From assembly GCA_965153285.1 (NCBI GenBank), contig OZ229110.1: a stretch of DNA of 64,000 bases; one strand, given 5' to 3'. This stretch comes from Podarcis tiliguerta. Taxonomy: Eukaryota. How positions within the stretch are numbered: position 1 is the stretch's first letter; the number at the start of each line of letters is the position of its first letter. The notes beneath the pieces are model-generated. The model did no database searches, had not been told where the DNA came from, and was given only the letters and a program-made list of their open reading frames with translations. Positions 1-13,600 of the stretch are shown here, in pieces. Made by a program: the position numbers and the translations under genes.

Positions 1-62
1 GTATGTCTGTCTCAAGGTGTGATGGCTTTAAAGGTCAAACCAACACTTTGAATTGGCATTGG
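1..62 (-). mobile_element. Old L2 LINE fragment (ORF2 C-terminal region); appears to resume at ~1520
   Basis: CTTTAAAGGTCAAACCAACACTTTGAATTG is the reverse complement of the QFKVLVLTFKA-type segment seen in the younger L2 copies in this window. Confidence 0.55.
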
Positions 63-74
63 ATATAATTACAA

Positions 75-930
75 TATAATAATAATAATAATTTATTATT
101 TCTACCCTGCCCATTTGGCTGGGTTTCCCCAGCCACTCTGGGCAGCTTTCAACAGAACATTAAAAATAGAATAAAACTTTAAACATTAAAAACTTCGCTT
201 AAGTGGGCTGCCTTCAGATGTCTTCTAAAAGTCGGATCGTTGTTTATTTCCTTATTTCCCTTTATCTGATGGGAGGGTGTTCCACAGGACAGGCGCCACT
301 ACCAAGAAGGCCCTTTGCCTGGTTCCCGTAACCTCACTTCTTGCAACTGCCAGAAGGCCCTCAGCACTGGACCTCAGTGTCCGGGCTGAACGATGGGGGT
401 GGAGATACTCCTTCAGGTATACAGGACTGAGGCCATTTAGGTCAGCACCAACACTTTGAATTGTGCTTGGAAATGTACTAGGAGCCAATGCAGGTCTTTC
501 AGGACCAGTGTTATGTGGTCTCGGCGGCCGCCCCCAGTCACCAGTCTAGCTGCCGCATTCTGGATTAATTGCAGTTTCAGGGTCACCTTCAAAGGTAGCC
601 CCACGTAGAGTGCATTGCAGTAGACCAAGCAGGGGTAACTAGAGCATGCACCACTCTGGCAAGACAGTCTGCAGGCAGGTAGGGTCTCAGCCTGCGTACC
701 AGATGGAGCTGGTAGACAGCTGCCCTAGACACAGAATTGACCTGTACCTCCATGGACAGCAGTGAGTCCAAAATGACTCCCAGGCTGTGCACCTGGTCCT
801 TCAGGGGCACAGTTGTCCCATTCAGGACCAGGGAGTCCCCCACCCCCACCCAGCCCCTGTCCCCCCAAAACAGTACTTCTGTCTTGTCAGGATTCAACCT
901 CAATCTGTTAGCCACCATCCATCCTCCAAA
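75..930 (-). mobile_element. 5'-truncated, frameshifted L2-clade LINE 3' end with (TTA)n tail
   Basis: Minus-strand ORFs encode NRLRLNPDKTEVL, SLGVILDS, YCNALYVGLPLK, LQLIQNAAARLVTG and DHITLVLKDLHWL; closely similar to the copies at 10720-11710 and 61003-63030. Confidence 0.9.
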
Positions 931-962
931 TAAACCAACAATAATTGTAAATATCTCAAAAC

Positions 963-1519
963 TGTCATGATGTGTTCCCAGCTGTCCTATTCTGGCCAGA
1001 CTCTCAGCTTCCGGGCAAAGTACACTGCAACAACACAATCTACTGGTGGGGCAGCATAATAGCAAGTAAGACAGACTCATTTCCAATAGGGTCAGGCCAG
1101 GCAGAGTTACATCTGGTAAGGTCAGGTCAAGGAAGGTAAGGCAGAGTCTGTTTTGGGCAAGGCATCAGTAGTCAGGACCTTGGACAGAGCATTGTAAGAA
1201 AGGGGCCCGAGTATTTTCACACATGGAAGAAGAGTTGTTGCATCAGTGAGGTGCACAGGCCCTTGGAAGCCTTCTGAAGGCTATCCAGTTTATTCCCACT
1301 GTTTATTCCCACCCTCTTGAGGTCTGGGCCCTTAAAAGATCACTGCCTTGCTCTAGAGGAGTTGGCTCCTGCTTCGTGGAAGTGACAGGGGCTACCCTGG
1401 GACTTCAAGAAGCAACTTCCTCTGACCTGGAAGAACTTGGTGCAGAGGACAATAATGTTTCAACTCTATTCGTGTCCTCCTTTGTGCTTCAGTGTGAGTC
1501 AAGACTAGGGCACATGACA
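963..1519. mobile_element. Possible solo LTR (TG...CA)
   Basis: Short inverted termini TGTCATG (963-969) and CATGACA (1513-1519); it interrupts an older L2. No clear TSD. Confidence 0.35.
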
Positions 1520-2115
1520 CCAGCAAACAGTCTCAGGCAAATTGCAGTATTTTAAACTTCTGAACTGTCTTCAAGGGAAGCGCAATGTCTAGCACATTGC
1601 AGTAGTTTAAAAGGGCTGTCATCAGACTGTTGCCAAACTATCCCTGTCTAGTAGATGTCCCAGTTAGAATCCCAGTCTAAGCTGGTAGAAAGCACCCTGT
1701 GCCACTGAGGACACCTAAACCTCAATCAACAAAACCAGATCAAGAAGTATTCCCAGGTGGCAAACCTGATCTTTCAGACAGGGTTCAATCCCATCCCACA
1801 AAGGATGAATTCCTTTCCCCTTCCAAGACTGGAGAGCCATTCACCAATAGTACATCTGTTTCAGTTTACTGACCCTCATCCAGCCCTTTATCAAGCTCAG
1901 ACAATGTTCCAAATTTTCTACAACTGCACCTGATTTTCTACAAATCCACCATGGAGAAATAAAGCTGACTGCCATCAGGATGCTGGTGACACCTAATTCC
2001 AAATCCTGAGATGACCTCCTGCAGCAGCTTCATCAATATGTGAAATAGCATGGGGGTCAAGATGGAACTCAGGAAGTGCAGCGGAAAGCCCACTGCCCAG
2101 TATCATTTCCTCCTT
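1520..2115 (-). mobile_element. Old degraded L2 RT-region fragment
   Basis: Degenerate similarity to the minus-strand L2 sequence (CACATTGCAGTAG; AATAGCATGGGGGTCAAGATGGAAC, the reverse of the GS-L-P-LF motif). Confidence 0.55.
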
Positions 2116-4930
2116 TCTCGACACAATGCCAAAGCAATGCCACCAAGCTTTCATTATGGAAGGCACCTTCACTGCTGTGGACTTTTGTATTTGTACCGAA
2201 AACAATTGTGCTCCTATTTTGTGATCTGGACATAACAATTAACTTGCAACCTGGTGACAGCACCTCTGGATTCTTAGATGGGAATAGCTATGCAGCTCTT
2301 TGGTGGGCAACCTGAAGGAACTTCAGAAACAGCTTAGTACTTGTAATTCCATTGGGTCTGGTTTCACTAGCTCCGAGTTTATGCTATGAATAATTGATTA
2401 AAATATAATTTTGCAGTTTGGTTTGGGAAAGGGGGAACAGCAGAAGCCTCGGAGCAAAGGAATTACATGCACTTTACATGCATTTGGACTCTGCTATTGA
2501 ACAAAAACTGCACTTCAAGAGAGGCCTCATTACATGGGCACAATGTACATGGCCCATCTGAGATACAAGAGCAGCTTCTGTCTCAGTTCTGAATTTCACA
2601 GGGAAGTACAAACATGCATGGAGGAGAGAGTGAATCTGTGACAAATGGAACTTCAAAGAAAATGTTCATGCTGCTAACCGTCAAGGAAAAAAGAAAGAGG
2701 AGCTTGGCTCGTACCTGTTTTACTGCTGCATTTTTCTGAGCCCAGATATAAGGCAACTTGCCTCGCTTCTGAGACACAATGTAATAATAACAACAAGTTA
2801 GCTTGAGATTATTATTATTATTCAAATAAATGCACAGACACAGTTAAGGTGGTAAGACCGTTCACTGCCAACTGACTTTTCTGCACCAACAGATTAATTC
2901 TTATTGCAAATATAGTCCTGAACATTCTTGAGAATACATTTTGAGTTGGAATAAACCTCTTATAGTAGATAAAACATAATAGACCTGGGGGAGGGGTGGA
3001 AGAGAGAACTAAAAGACTACATTAGATGTTGCAATAACCTCACATATTGGGGGGAAATGACGCCAAAACCCAGCTTTGGAAGTAGATTTAGGGCACAATT
3101 CAACCCTACCCTCTTCCTCTTTCATACAGAAGGGCTGAATGTAGTGACTGCATGGCAGATAGGACAGAAGGTGGGAGTCAAGCAGATTGGCTCAGAGATC
3201 AGGTTTGGATCAGGCCCAATGCCATTGCCTTAATGCAGTGAAACCCATTGACCCCGGGCTGGCTCAGCTCCTCCCTACTCTTGGAATGCCCCATTTTGGA
3301 GCTTTCTGCTTGTGCCACCAGTGGGGATACTGCCTGTTGCCCCCAAGCAGCCAAAGGGAAGGCAGCTTAGCCAGGAAAGCTATATGGAAGGACATCTCCA
3401 CTAAGTCCACCTCTACCCAAGCCTAGCATGAGCAGGGGGTGGATTGCTCTGTTAGCGTCTGGAAATACAAAACAATCCACAAAGTACTCAACTCAGAAAC
3501 AGGAGTTGCTTTAAATTTCCTAAAGGATAAATTAAAGTTTAATTTAGCCGCCCCAGTCCATCATAAAGTAGACTTCCCTTGAAAGTTGTTGCCAGCCAAC
3601 AGCTCCCACTAAAGTCACCTGTGGCAAGGGAGTAGGACTGATCAACCCATGATAATGTGGCCCAGGAATTTGGGTAAAGCAGAAAATAATTTAATTAATT
3701 ATTTGCATGTTGGGGGAAAAGGCTTGGAGTGAGTTATTCCACTGATATTTAAAGTTCAAAAGTGCAATTCCCTAAATTGGCACAATTTATCACATTAGGC
3801 TCAAAGAATTTAAGCTTGTGGGCTTGATGGTGTCTCTCTTAGTTTTGAAGACACAATTATAGTCAAGGTCCTTTATCGCCATACTGCCATTTAGCTGATA
3901 CATTGATTGTCAAATAGTGTATCCTGCTGTAGGAAATTGTTGTCAACACTTCCAGTATCTGACATATATTTTGCTATTAGGGCTTTTGGCCTTCATGGCT
4001 TTGTATTCATGGATGTTTTTCTGACACTTCAGATAATGCAAGGCAGTCTATCATGCCTGGAACAAGTGAGCTATTTTGGTTACTTAGACCTAGGAGAATA
4101 AAGTAAGGGCTAAGCTGAAAATCCAGTTTTTTCAAAGACCCAGGTCTATAAAATTGAAATGGGAAATATTAAAGACTCCTTGTTTGAGGTTCCTTGAAGA
4201 GGGAGGCTAGGATATATTTCATCTCTTGCTTGGTTTATCCATTATTTCCCACCCTGACTGAAGTACAAACTCTTGAGACTGAGGGGGCTTCCTGTTGGCC
4301 TCTTTATTTAGCATTTATTCTGATTTGTTTGCAGGGCGGTTAGATGATGTGGCATCAAATGAATCATTATCCCACATTTACCTGTACATTTGCTCATCAC
4401 TTTCCTTGAAAGTCCAGAAAGTCTTATTTTTTAGCTTTGTTGCACAACCTGAATTTGCCAGGATGCGATTGAATCCCACCCCAAAATAGCAACAGTCTGC
4501 ATGTGCCCTGAAACAGAGAGATGAGAAACATCTGAACCCACCATTCAATTAGTCCCTTTCTGCTTTGTTCCTTCCCCCATTGTCCTCCCTGTGATTGGAC
4601 AAAGGTTGTGTGCATGCATCCATGGAATGGATAATCCTTAATGCTGTTGTTTCTTATGGATTTCATAAGCATATATTTTTCTGCATTTTAGAATTTTTAT
4701 CTCACCACAACTGACATTTTAAAAAAAAGTTTTCTCAAGGTATGTTGGTCTTCTTGCGAAATACAGATATATAGTCATCACAGCAGCACAATCCCTCTTC
4801 AGTCTTTGCAGAAGCAAAAGTCAGGGGTATAATGGGACCCATGCAGCTGATCCAAAGAGACGTGGCTTTTTGATAGCAGTTCTGCCTCCCTTTCCACTCC
4901 TATCCAGCTCTATTTTCCATCATGAAAAAG

Positions 4931-5175
4931 AGCCAGTGTGGTGTAGTGGTTAAGAGCGGTGGACTCGTAATCTGGTGACCCGGGTTCGTGTCCCCGCTCC
5001 TCCACATGCAGCTGCTGGGTGACCTTGGGCTAGTCACACTTCTCTCTGAAGTCTCTCAGCCTCACTCACCTCAGAGAGTGTTTGTTGTGGGGGAGGAAGG
5101 GAAAGGAGATTGTTAGCTGCTTTGAGACTCCTTAGGGCAGTGATAAAGCGGGATATCAAAACCAAATTCTGCTTC
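4931..5175 (+). mobile_element. tRNA-derived SINE with CORE-like middle and L2-type tail (Squam3-like)
   Basis: Pol III A-box (TGGTGTAGTGG) and degenerate B-box (GGTTCGTGTCC), CORE-like GTGACCTTGGGCTAGTCAC, 3' GCTGCTTTGAG...AAAGCGGGATAT. Confidence 0.8.
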
Positions 5176-5379
5176 TTGTTTGCAATGCTGGGGTAACTGT
5201 GACAGCCACTGCACTAATAATGGCAGAGATGGCTTGGCCCAAAACACTGGGCCAAGGACACAAGTTGCCTCCTTTTGACAGAGTTGAAGTCATTATATTT
5301 GGTCATATGAATGTTGACTCAAGGCAGACAAAAGAAACTACTTCTTCATGCAGCACAGAGTTAAACTATAGAACCCACA

Positions 5380-5565
5380 GAGGGCTTTAAAAGAGGATTA
5401 GACAATTTCAGGGAGGATAAGGCTATCAGTAGCTACTAGCCATGATGGCTGCGCTCTGCATCCACAGTTGAAAGCAGCAATGCTTCCGAATACCAGTTTC
5501 TGGAAACCACAAATCCTGTTTGTGGGTTTCCCACAAGCATCTGCTTGGCCACAGTTTCTTCTTAT
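5380..5565 (+). mobile_element. CR1-type LINE 3' end fragment
   Basis: GGCTTTAAAAGAGGATTAGACAATTTCAGGGAGGATAAGGCTATCA is typical of the CR1 ORF2 end and 3'UTR. Confidence 0.6.
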
Positions 5566-8500
5566 GTCCTCATGTGGCAGCACATCAGTACAACTGACTC
5601 AACTGCATTTTTATACTACAGTATAGTCTAAGAACAAAAGCTTTACAGAGCATGCATGGAAAATCTCCTGGTTTTCTGGTCCTCTGAAATGGACCAGTCC
5701 CTCAGATTCTCAATTTCACCCATGTGCATCAGTAAATGTTTCCTCGTAAGTGATTTGGGAGCCAAGGCATCAGAGACCTGAAGTCAACATGCTTAAGAAT
5801 GTTTTGACTGGGTTTTGACTGGGTTTGCAATCTCAAAATAGAAAACACAATAAAAAATTTATTCCCAAAACTCAAGCCACCATGACATGACAAACATTGT
5901 ATTCACCTAATAGCTTCCATCAATCCGCGCTGTTTTCAAATTAGCCTCTGTGACCTTTTCCATTCCTGAATGCTGTTGCAACTGTAGGGCGACATCCTGC
6001 AAATTTGCTATCCAAGTCCATGGAAACAATGTTTATTGAATTACACTGGCTTTTGCACTGGGAAAGAATGAATCAGCTGAACTGCAGAATGATTTTTGTT
6101 TCTGCTAATACAAGACCTATAATTAAAATAATCTTGTTATCATCTATGCAGTTGATTTTTAAATAAGTATATATTCATTTTGAATATATCTCTTATCACT
6201 TTGAAACATCTGCATGTGGCCCTCAGCAAGCAGTTATATCCCAAAATCTTGTGAATGATTTTAACTTCACAAAATATTAAAATATTAGGAGGGGTCTGTG
6301 TGGTTATAATGCCCTTCATAGAATACTGATCTGATACTAAAGCTTGATAAAGATGGAAAATTAACCTTTTGTTTATTTTATTGGAAATCTGGCCGTTATG
6401 TATTTTTTTCTCCAAAAACAGTAAATAATATGCTTAAGTAGGCAGCATAGCACTTGAGTTACAAATTCTGATTTAGAAATAACTGAAATCTGAAGTTTGT
6501 TTTCCCTCCCCTCTCCCTTGTGAATTTTATTCCAAAACAAAGCATAACAAAGCCATGGCTATAAGGAAAGCAGAAACCACAATTTTCTGGAAATCACAAT
6601 TTCTATTCTGAAATCTTTCTAGTTTCTAATCCCAGATACGTTTAGTCATTGGTGAGGGAAATGCACTCCAAACATGTTCAGGGAGAGCCTGTTATTATTC
6701 TACATCTACCGCAACAGAGCCCTGGCATTTGTAACAGATTCCTGGACATAGCCCTAGGGAGTCCTGGCTGAAAACCCCCAGAGAAGTCACTTAATACCTA
6801 AAATGGTATAACGTGTACAATAAAGCAAAAGGCATGAGATTCATTGCTTTCACTTTAGCTTAGATTGATAGGCTGCACCTTTTTGCCTGCTGCGTCGTGT
6901 ATGAGAGAATGTGCAAGAGTATGATGAGTGAGTTAGCTGAGGAAGACTATTGTGCCTATTGACCTGAGACAGTCTCCTGGAAATAATCTAACAGCAGGGA
7001 GCAGAGAATCCTTTTAAAAATCAATAGAGCAAGAAAACGCTGTTGACTAAGTGTCTGTGTGTGTGTGTGTTTAAAGGAAGGTGTGGAGGGGAGGTAAGGA
7101 AAAAACAAGGAAGAGCTTTCCTTTAATGCTAACGTTAATAATTCCTCTGATCTATCCCTTTTTACACTATTTCTGCTCGTAAGAAACAGTTATCCTGAAA
7201 AAGGCATTCGTATATGTGAGTGTTGCACGTGCACACACACCCTTCCCAGGCTCTATAAGGTGAACTATTTGACTATCTAAGAGCAGAGCATTCTTAGCCT
7301 GCCATAATACAGCACGAACACTTCTTCCTGCTATGTAGGCAAGGTATAACCCTTCCCAAAATGAACACAGACAGTTTTATGGAGTAGTTTTCTACCTCAA
7401 GGTGACTTCCAATTTATCTTCAGGTTGTCGAATGTCTCAGACAAGGCCACACATGCTGAAGCAAGAGAAGAGTACTTTAATCTGCTTCCAGGAATCAGCA
7501 TTTGTTTGAAAACCATATGGAACATTCCCCCTCCCCAGTACTTTAAGTCTTGAAGAGAAACTCAGAAACAGGCATAAACTGGGGGGTGGAGGTTTTTTTC
7601 TCCACCCCTAGCCAAACTCAAATGTGTGTCAGATTGGTCATGCATCCCAGAAATGAAGCTATGTGTGGTATGTCACAAGAACACTAATCATTTCTGGATC
7701 AGCTTCCACTTGAAAAACTGCATGGGATCTTTCTTTTACCCCAATATGTGGAGCAAGATACCAAGAACCAATAGATTTCATGAGACGTGTTTTGCCCTGG
7801 TGTCTTTTCCAATTTGTGTTCTGTAAGCAAATGGATGAAAATTTGGGGACTTTGTTTTCAACAATTGTGCAGGGACTACATCCTAGAAGGGCTACTTTAG
7901 TGTCAGTTCTGCAGTGAAATGGGACCCCAGGGTGTATTTGTTGGCTTTTTCGCAGTATAGTAGCGCAGAGAGCTTGCTGAGGAGACCATGCATTAGAAAA
8001 AGTAAAGGACTCAAAAATAACTCAAACAAGGTTTTAATAAGAAAAACAAAAACTCCTTAAACACTAAATACTTCTACAAACAAACACGACCCAACCACCA
8101 ACCCATCCCCCAGGGTAAATGGCAGAGCTAGGTGCTGCCCCTTATATACTGTAGCCAATTCCCGACACAGCTTAATCAATGAAACTCAGCAGCACCTGCT
8201 ATGCTTCACAGCTGTAAAGCTGGATCTCGTTAGTTTGCTCTGGCCCTTGCTCTGGCCCCTTAAAGGTATACACATTGGGTGAAACAATGATGAACCTTTA
8301 GATTTAAAGAAACAATTCAACAGTATTTCAACCCCATTCTGCTTGTGCATCAAAGTTACATGCACAGGAGCAAAGCATAGCCAGGGTACGGGCTCTGTTG
8401 CCATCCTCACTGACTTCGAATTCATGGAGGGTGAAGACCTAAAGCAGGGAGGCTCCCTGTGAGATTTAGGACCCTACATAATTGGGGTTCTATATTGTAT

Positions 8501-10719
8501 GAGGAAGCTATGTGGATACAGCAGGCTCCCAGATTCCCAACTTCACCCTATGAATTGGAGGGCAATAGGGTTATGATGCTCAATGCACCCATTCCTGCTC
8601 TCTCTTCTCATGTGTAAATTTAACATATGAGGAAGTTCCAAAATAAGGGGCAGTTGGGTAGGAAACCTTTGCCAAAGTCCTATAGAGTTATCTATATAGG
8701 TGCAGCTGAATCCAGCTTCAGAAAAGGCATAGTGATTATTTTGGTACATATCCATGCAGAAGAGCAACATGAAATTACAGTAAGAGGCGAATAAACTCTT
8801 CTGCTACATGACTACACTGAGTATTCAATGTTTAAGCTATCATCCCCACAGTACTACAGAATGTAGAGTTAGTGCTAACAATGGTTGTTACAAGTAAGGT
8901 TTATCTTCTTTTATGGCTTTAACCTTGTATACCACTCTGGTATTGTGAAATGGTTGGTGGTTTATAAATATATACAGTAAATCAAATCAAATAAATAGCA
9001 CATTTTCTAAAGAAAGTTTTAATTCAAATGCAGACTATGTGCTTAAAAATCTGGCCATTTCCAACAATCTGTATATGGTCAAATAACTTCAAAATGTCAG
9101 TAGCTTAAAAGTGTGTGTGTATGGAACTTTAAATATAAAACACAAAAAACAAGTACAAAAATGAACCCAAAGGTTAATATATTCAGATAGCTGTAAGTGC
9201 GTGAAACAGATGATTTGAACAGAAGTGCCTCTTCATACATAACTCCAGTGTCACTAACATAAAGCTATAATCTTCTTTTTTCCTGTGTTCTGACTATTAT
9301 TGAAGTGCTAAGTGTCAGGTGGGAAGGTGTAATGCAAGAATCTTCACTGGAGTGGAAATTGCTCATCTTATGATATGTAGTAGTATAACAAACAATGGAA
9401 GTTTTTGTCACTGATTTCAACTGATCCTCCATTTATTGATGCTTTGACAGCCTTTTAAGGAGATGGACTGTGAAATGAAATCTCACTTTCACACTCTTGC
9501 TAATAGACTAGGAGTGCCTTTTCCCATCAGAAATGGCAGTTTCAGTGCCATAAAGGAAGGTTAGATGGAGGTCCTACAATGACAATTATTGAGAAAGTAG
9601 TGGTCGCTTGTGTTTCAGCTCCTTTAGTTTAGTCTCTGGCTGCCTCAAACTGTGTTATAGAAAGTTTACTATTTGAGGACACCTAGTTCCTTGAGTCTTC
9701 TCAGAACAAACAATGTGGCTGGTAATTCTCGCCAGAGTTAGCCTTGAGCATTTTGGCTCCTTGGACCCAAGGCCAGCCCAAGCCATGTTGCTATCTGAAG
9801 AAGAGCATCCACATGCACAAAACAACATAGTACCCAATGCCTGAGAGATTATTTTGCCACCCAAAGCAGAAAATCCCACTGGCACCTCTCCCACTCCCTT
9901 GATTAAAAAAATGGGTGAATATATTTAATAAACTATCTGCTGCCCTTTCATGACACCCAAAAACCAGCCACCTGAAACAGCCACCTTATTTTGCCAGTAG
10001 ATGGGGAAAGCCCTATTAAATGATAGAATATTGAGCCCAGCCTGGCCTAGTAGTCTGCCAAGACTCAACATGGTTTCCATCGCTCATCTAGTCAACCAAC
10101 CATACTTACCTGGCATAAGGCAAATTAAGGAAAAAGGCAGTAGTAGGATTCAAGATTCTTGTGGAAGTCTAATGAGTACCTTTACTCAGTACTTACTCCA
10201 CTATCTTCAGTTTCTGAGACCTCTGATCACAGAACTCTGTGACTACTATTGCCCTTGCCCTTCTCAAGTCTACATAGAATTTTGACTCTGGCTTAATTAA
10301 CATGGAATAACTACCGCCTTTGGTTTTATATTCATAATCACAAATGTGGACCAGACTTTTATTCAGTCATCTAAGCCCATAATAGTCATTGGCTTTCATC
10401 ATCCTTGTTGACTTTCAGATATGAGCTGTACCATTCCTCCGATTCCAACATTTAATTCTGCGCTGATTACCTATTGACACTTGAACACAACTGCAGCTTC
10501 ATCTCCGAGTGAAGCCATACTCTGGCATGGGAAATAACCCCACTAATTGGGAAATGGCTAAGAGCTGTGCTTGCCTGTTATGCTGAGACTTAGATCCCAA
10601 TCATTTGGAGAAGGCTTTCATAGAATCAGAAGCCATATGCCATAAATAAAGTGCCCAAGACTCTTCATCTAAGCCAAGGATCATAAACCTGTAGTCCTCC
10701 AGATGTTTTTGGAATACAA

Positions 10720-11710
10720 TAATATACAATAATAATAATAACAATAATAATAATAATAATATATTATTTATACCCCACACATCTGGCTGGGTTTCCCTAG
10801 CCACTCTGGGCGGCCTCCAACAAAATATTAAAATACAGTAGTATATTAAACATTAAAAGCTTCCCTAAACAGGGATGCCTTCAGATGTCTTCTAAAAGTC
10901 TGGTAGTTGTTTTTCTCTTTGACATCTGGTGGGAGGGTGTTCCACAGGGCGCGTGTCACTACCAAGAAGGCCCTCTGTCAGGTTCCCTGTAACCTCACTT
11001 CTCGCAATGAAGGAACCGCCAGAAGGCCCTCGGCCCTGGACCTCAGTGTCCGGGCAGAACGATGGGGGTGGAGACGCTTCTTCGGGTATTCTGGACCGAG
11101 GCCGTTTAGGACTTTAAAGGTCAGCACCAACACTTTGAATTGTGCTCAGAAATGTACTGGAAGCCAATGTAGGTCTTTCAAGACCGGTGTTATGTGGTCT
11201 CGGTGGCCACTCCCAGTCACCAGTCTAGCTGCTGCATTCTGGATTAGTTGCAGTTTCTGGGTCACCTTCAAAGGTAGCCCCACATTGCAGTAGTCAAAGC
11301 AAGAGATAACTAGAGCATGCACCACTCTGGCGAGACAATACGTGGGCAGGTAGGGTCTCAGCCTGTGTACCAGATGGAGCTGATAAACAGCTGCCCTGGA
11401 TACAGAATTGACCTGCACCTCCATGGACAGCTGTGAGTCCAAAATGACTCCCAGGCTGCGCACCTGCTCCTTCAGGGGCACAGTTGTCCCATTCAGGACC
11501 AGGGAGTCCTCCACACCTGCCCACCCTTTCCCCCCAAAACAGTACTTCTGTCTTCTCAGGATCCAACTTCAATCTGTTAACCGCCATCCATCCTCCAACT
11601 GCCTCCAGACATTCACACAGGACTTTCACTGGTTCTGATTTGAAAGAGAGGTAGAGCTGGGTATCATCCGCATACTGATGAACACCCAGCCCAAACCCCC
11701 TGATATTATC
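10720..11710 (-). mobile_element. 5'-truncated L2 LINE with (TTA)n tail
   Basis: Minus strand carries the YADD motif region (GGGTATCATCCGCATACTG at ~11660-11678) and the same C-terminal ORF2 peptides as the other copies; (AAT)n array at ~10720-10765. Confidence 0.9.
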
Positions 11711-13322
11711 TGCCTAAATTATAATACAGCATAGAAATGATCCATGAATAGAAAAAACCACCCTTGATGCTCAGCAGCTCTCAAAGCAGAAAGGGTGACT
11801 TCAGTAATATTTAAACCCAACCATCTGTGTGACACACCCACCATGCTGAAAGCGATGAGGCTGATATTTGTGCCGTACCCCCGTGCCCAAACTCACACTG
11901 TTTCCTAGCAGAAGCAGCTGGAACAGAACTGTGACACTGTCAGACAGAAGGAAAGAGAATGCAGCCATGGGTGGATCACTGGACTCCCCAACAAGAAGCT
12001 CTCTAGCTCTTGCCAGGGACACCTTCTCCCCAGTATTTCTTCAACGTCTCGTGGTTCTTCACTTGTAAGCTACATATTGGCTGTTCACCACAGAAGACAC
12101 TGAGTTGTGTTTTATCAAACCATTTTACCTCTTCAATCTGTAAATTCAGCCAGAGTAATTTTTATAATATGAGCAAGCCAAAGGAATAATAAAAGCAAAT
12201 GCAGCCCTGTCTGCTCTGGCAGCAGTAACCCATCAGTATTACAGCAGCAGAAAATTGCAAAGAAATTCAGACCTGAAGCCACCCATTACTGACTCAAACA
12301 TGGTTACCTACAATCTGGAGGAACAGCTTTCTCCATTTCACACAGGATGGATGATAATTGCAGGCCAGGAGGTTATATATTCTTTGTCTACCTACGTTTG
12401 CTTATGCTAAGAATTCAGTCATTTCCTCCCCCATTTCTCTCTCTCTCTCTCTTTCTTTCACGCACACACATGCACCTTAATCCAAAGGAAAGCAAAATGC
12501 TGAATGTATTTCCAGGCCAATGAAATTCACTCTACATTTTCTATAATTAATCCTGCTGAGAAACTCATTTTGAAAGCAGGATTTTTTTCTCTCTCGAAGA
12601 GACAGGAAAACAGATTAATTCCTTGGCAACAAAATTCTAATTAATTGAAAAAGTGGCCCTATACTTTGCTTCTTTTGCTGTTGAAATTATATTACTGATG
12701 CCATGTAGAAAATCAGGTGGTTCTTCCTCTTTAATTATAGAAGTAAGAATTAGGGTTATTATTGACTCTGTACAAGTGTTTATCTTGCTCCATGGCTCAC
12801 TGATTACTAGACTAAATGATTTGGAAAGAGCATGAGGACTCTCTGTAAACATTGCACAAGCAGTGATTATCTCCTAACTGATAGGCTGCCAATCATCTAG
12901 TAAAACAGCCCAGTTTTAATTTATCATCACATTTCTTCCCCTCAGCTTTGTCTGCAGCCTCAATAATGCAGAAAGAAAAGGACAGAAGTCCTTTCAAACA
13001 TATCTGATCTTCATGAAAACCACCTTTGTCTCATTTAAACATATTCACAAATCTTTGCTCATTCTTAACTATGTTGACTTTCTAATATTAATTCATGAAT
13101 TGCAACACTTTGGTCTATCCTGATTAAATAAGTACTCCCTCCCTCCCAATAAGATGGGCACGATCCTGTTGTTTGAGTTTCAATTTAGAGGCAAGCAAAA
13201 TCCTATTTTTTTTACATTGTAGTGGATGCCAGAAATTAGGTGAAACCATGACCATTAATATGTGAATAGTGACAATTCTAAATTAATTTTGTGAATGCCT
13301 GAAGCTGTGGGTGGGTGGATAA

Positions 13323-13344
13323 ACACACACACACACACACACAC
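13323..13344. repeat. (AC)n microsatellite
   Basis: Seen directly. Confidence 0.9.
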
Positions 13345-13372
13345 TTATTTCCCTCTCAGTATTCAGTGAATA

Positions 13373-13600
13373 CAGTGGTACCTCGGGTTACAGACGCTTC
13401 AGGTTACAGACGCTTCAGGTTACAAAGTTCTCTAACCCAGAAATAATACCTCGGGTTAAGAACTTTGCTTCAGGATGAGAACAGAAATTGTGCAGCAGCG
13501 CAGGGCCCCATTAGCTAAAGTGGTACCTCGGGTTAAGAACAGTTTCAGGTTAAGAACAGACCTCCAGAACGAATTACGTTCTTAAACCAAGGTACCACTG
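13373..13600 (+). mobile_element. Tc1/mariner (Tigger/pogo-like) MITE, 228 bp
   Basis: TA TSD; TIRs CAGTGGTACCT...AGGTACCACTG; same family as 15370-15595 and 36761-36985. Confidence 0.9.

Noticed and set aside
4931-5005. tRNA-like sequence with A and B boxes
   Set aside because: It runs on into a CORE-like SINE body and tail and has a degenerate B-box, so it is a SINE head, not a tRNA gene
7901-8520. Possible reverse-strand LTR (TGT start, TTATATA, A-rich tract)
   Set aside because: Could not define a matching CA end or TSD; too uncertain to list as a feature
13373-13600. Short internal repeats (CAGGTTACAGACGCTT / GGTTAAGAAC) superficially like a spacer array
   Set aside because: Subterminal repeats of a TA-flanked MITE in a eukaryotic genome; not CRISPR
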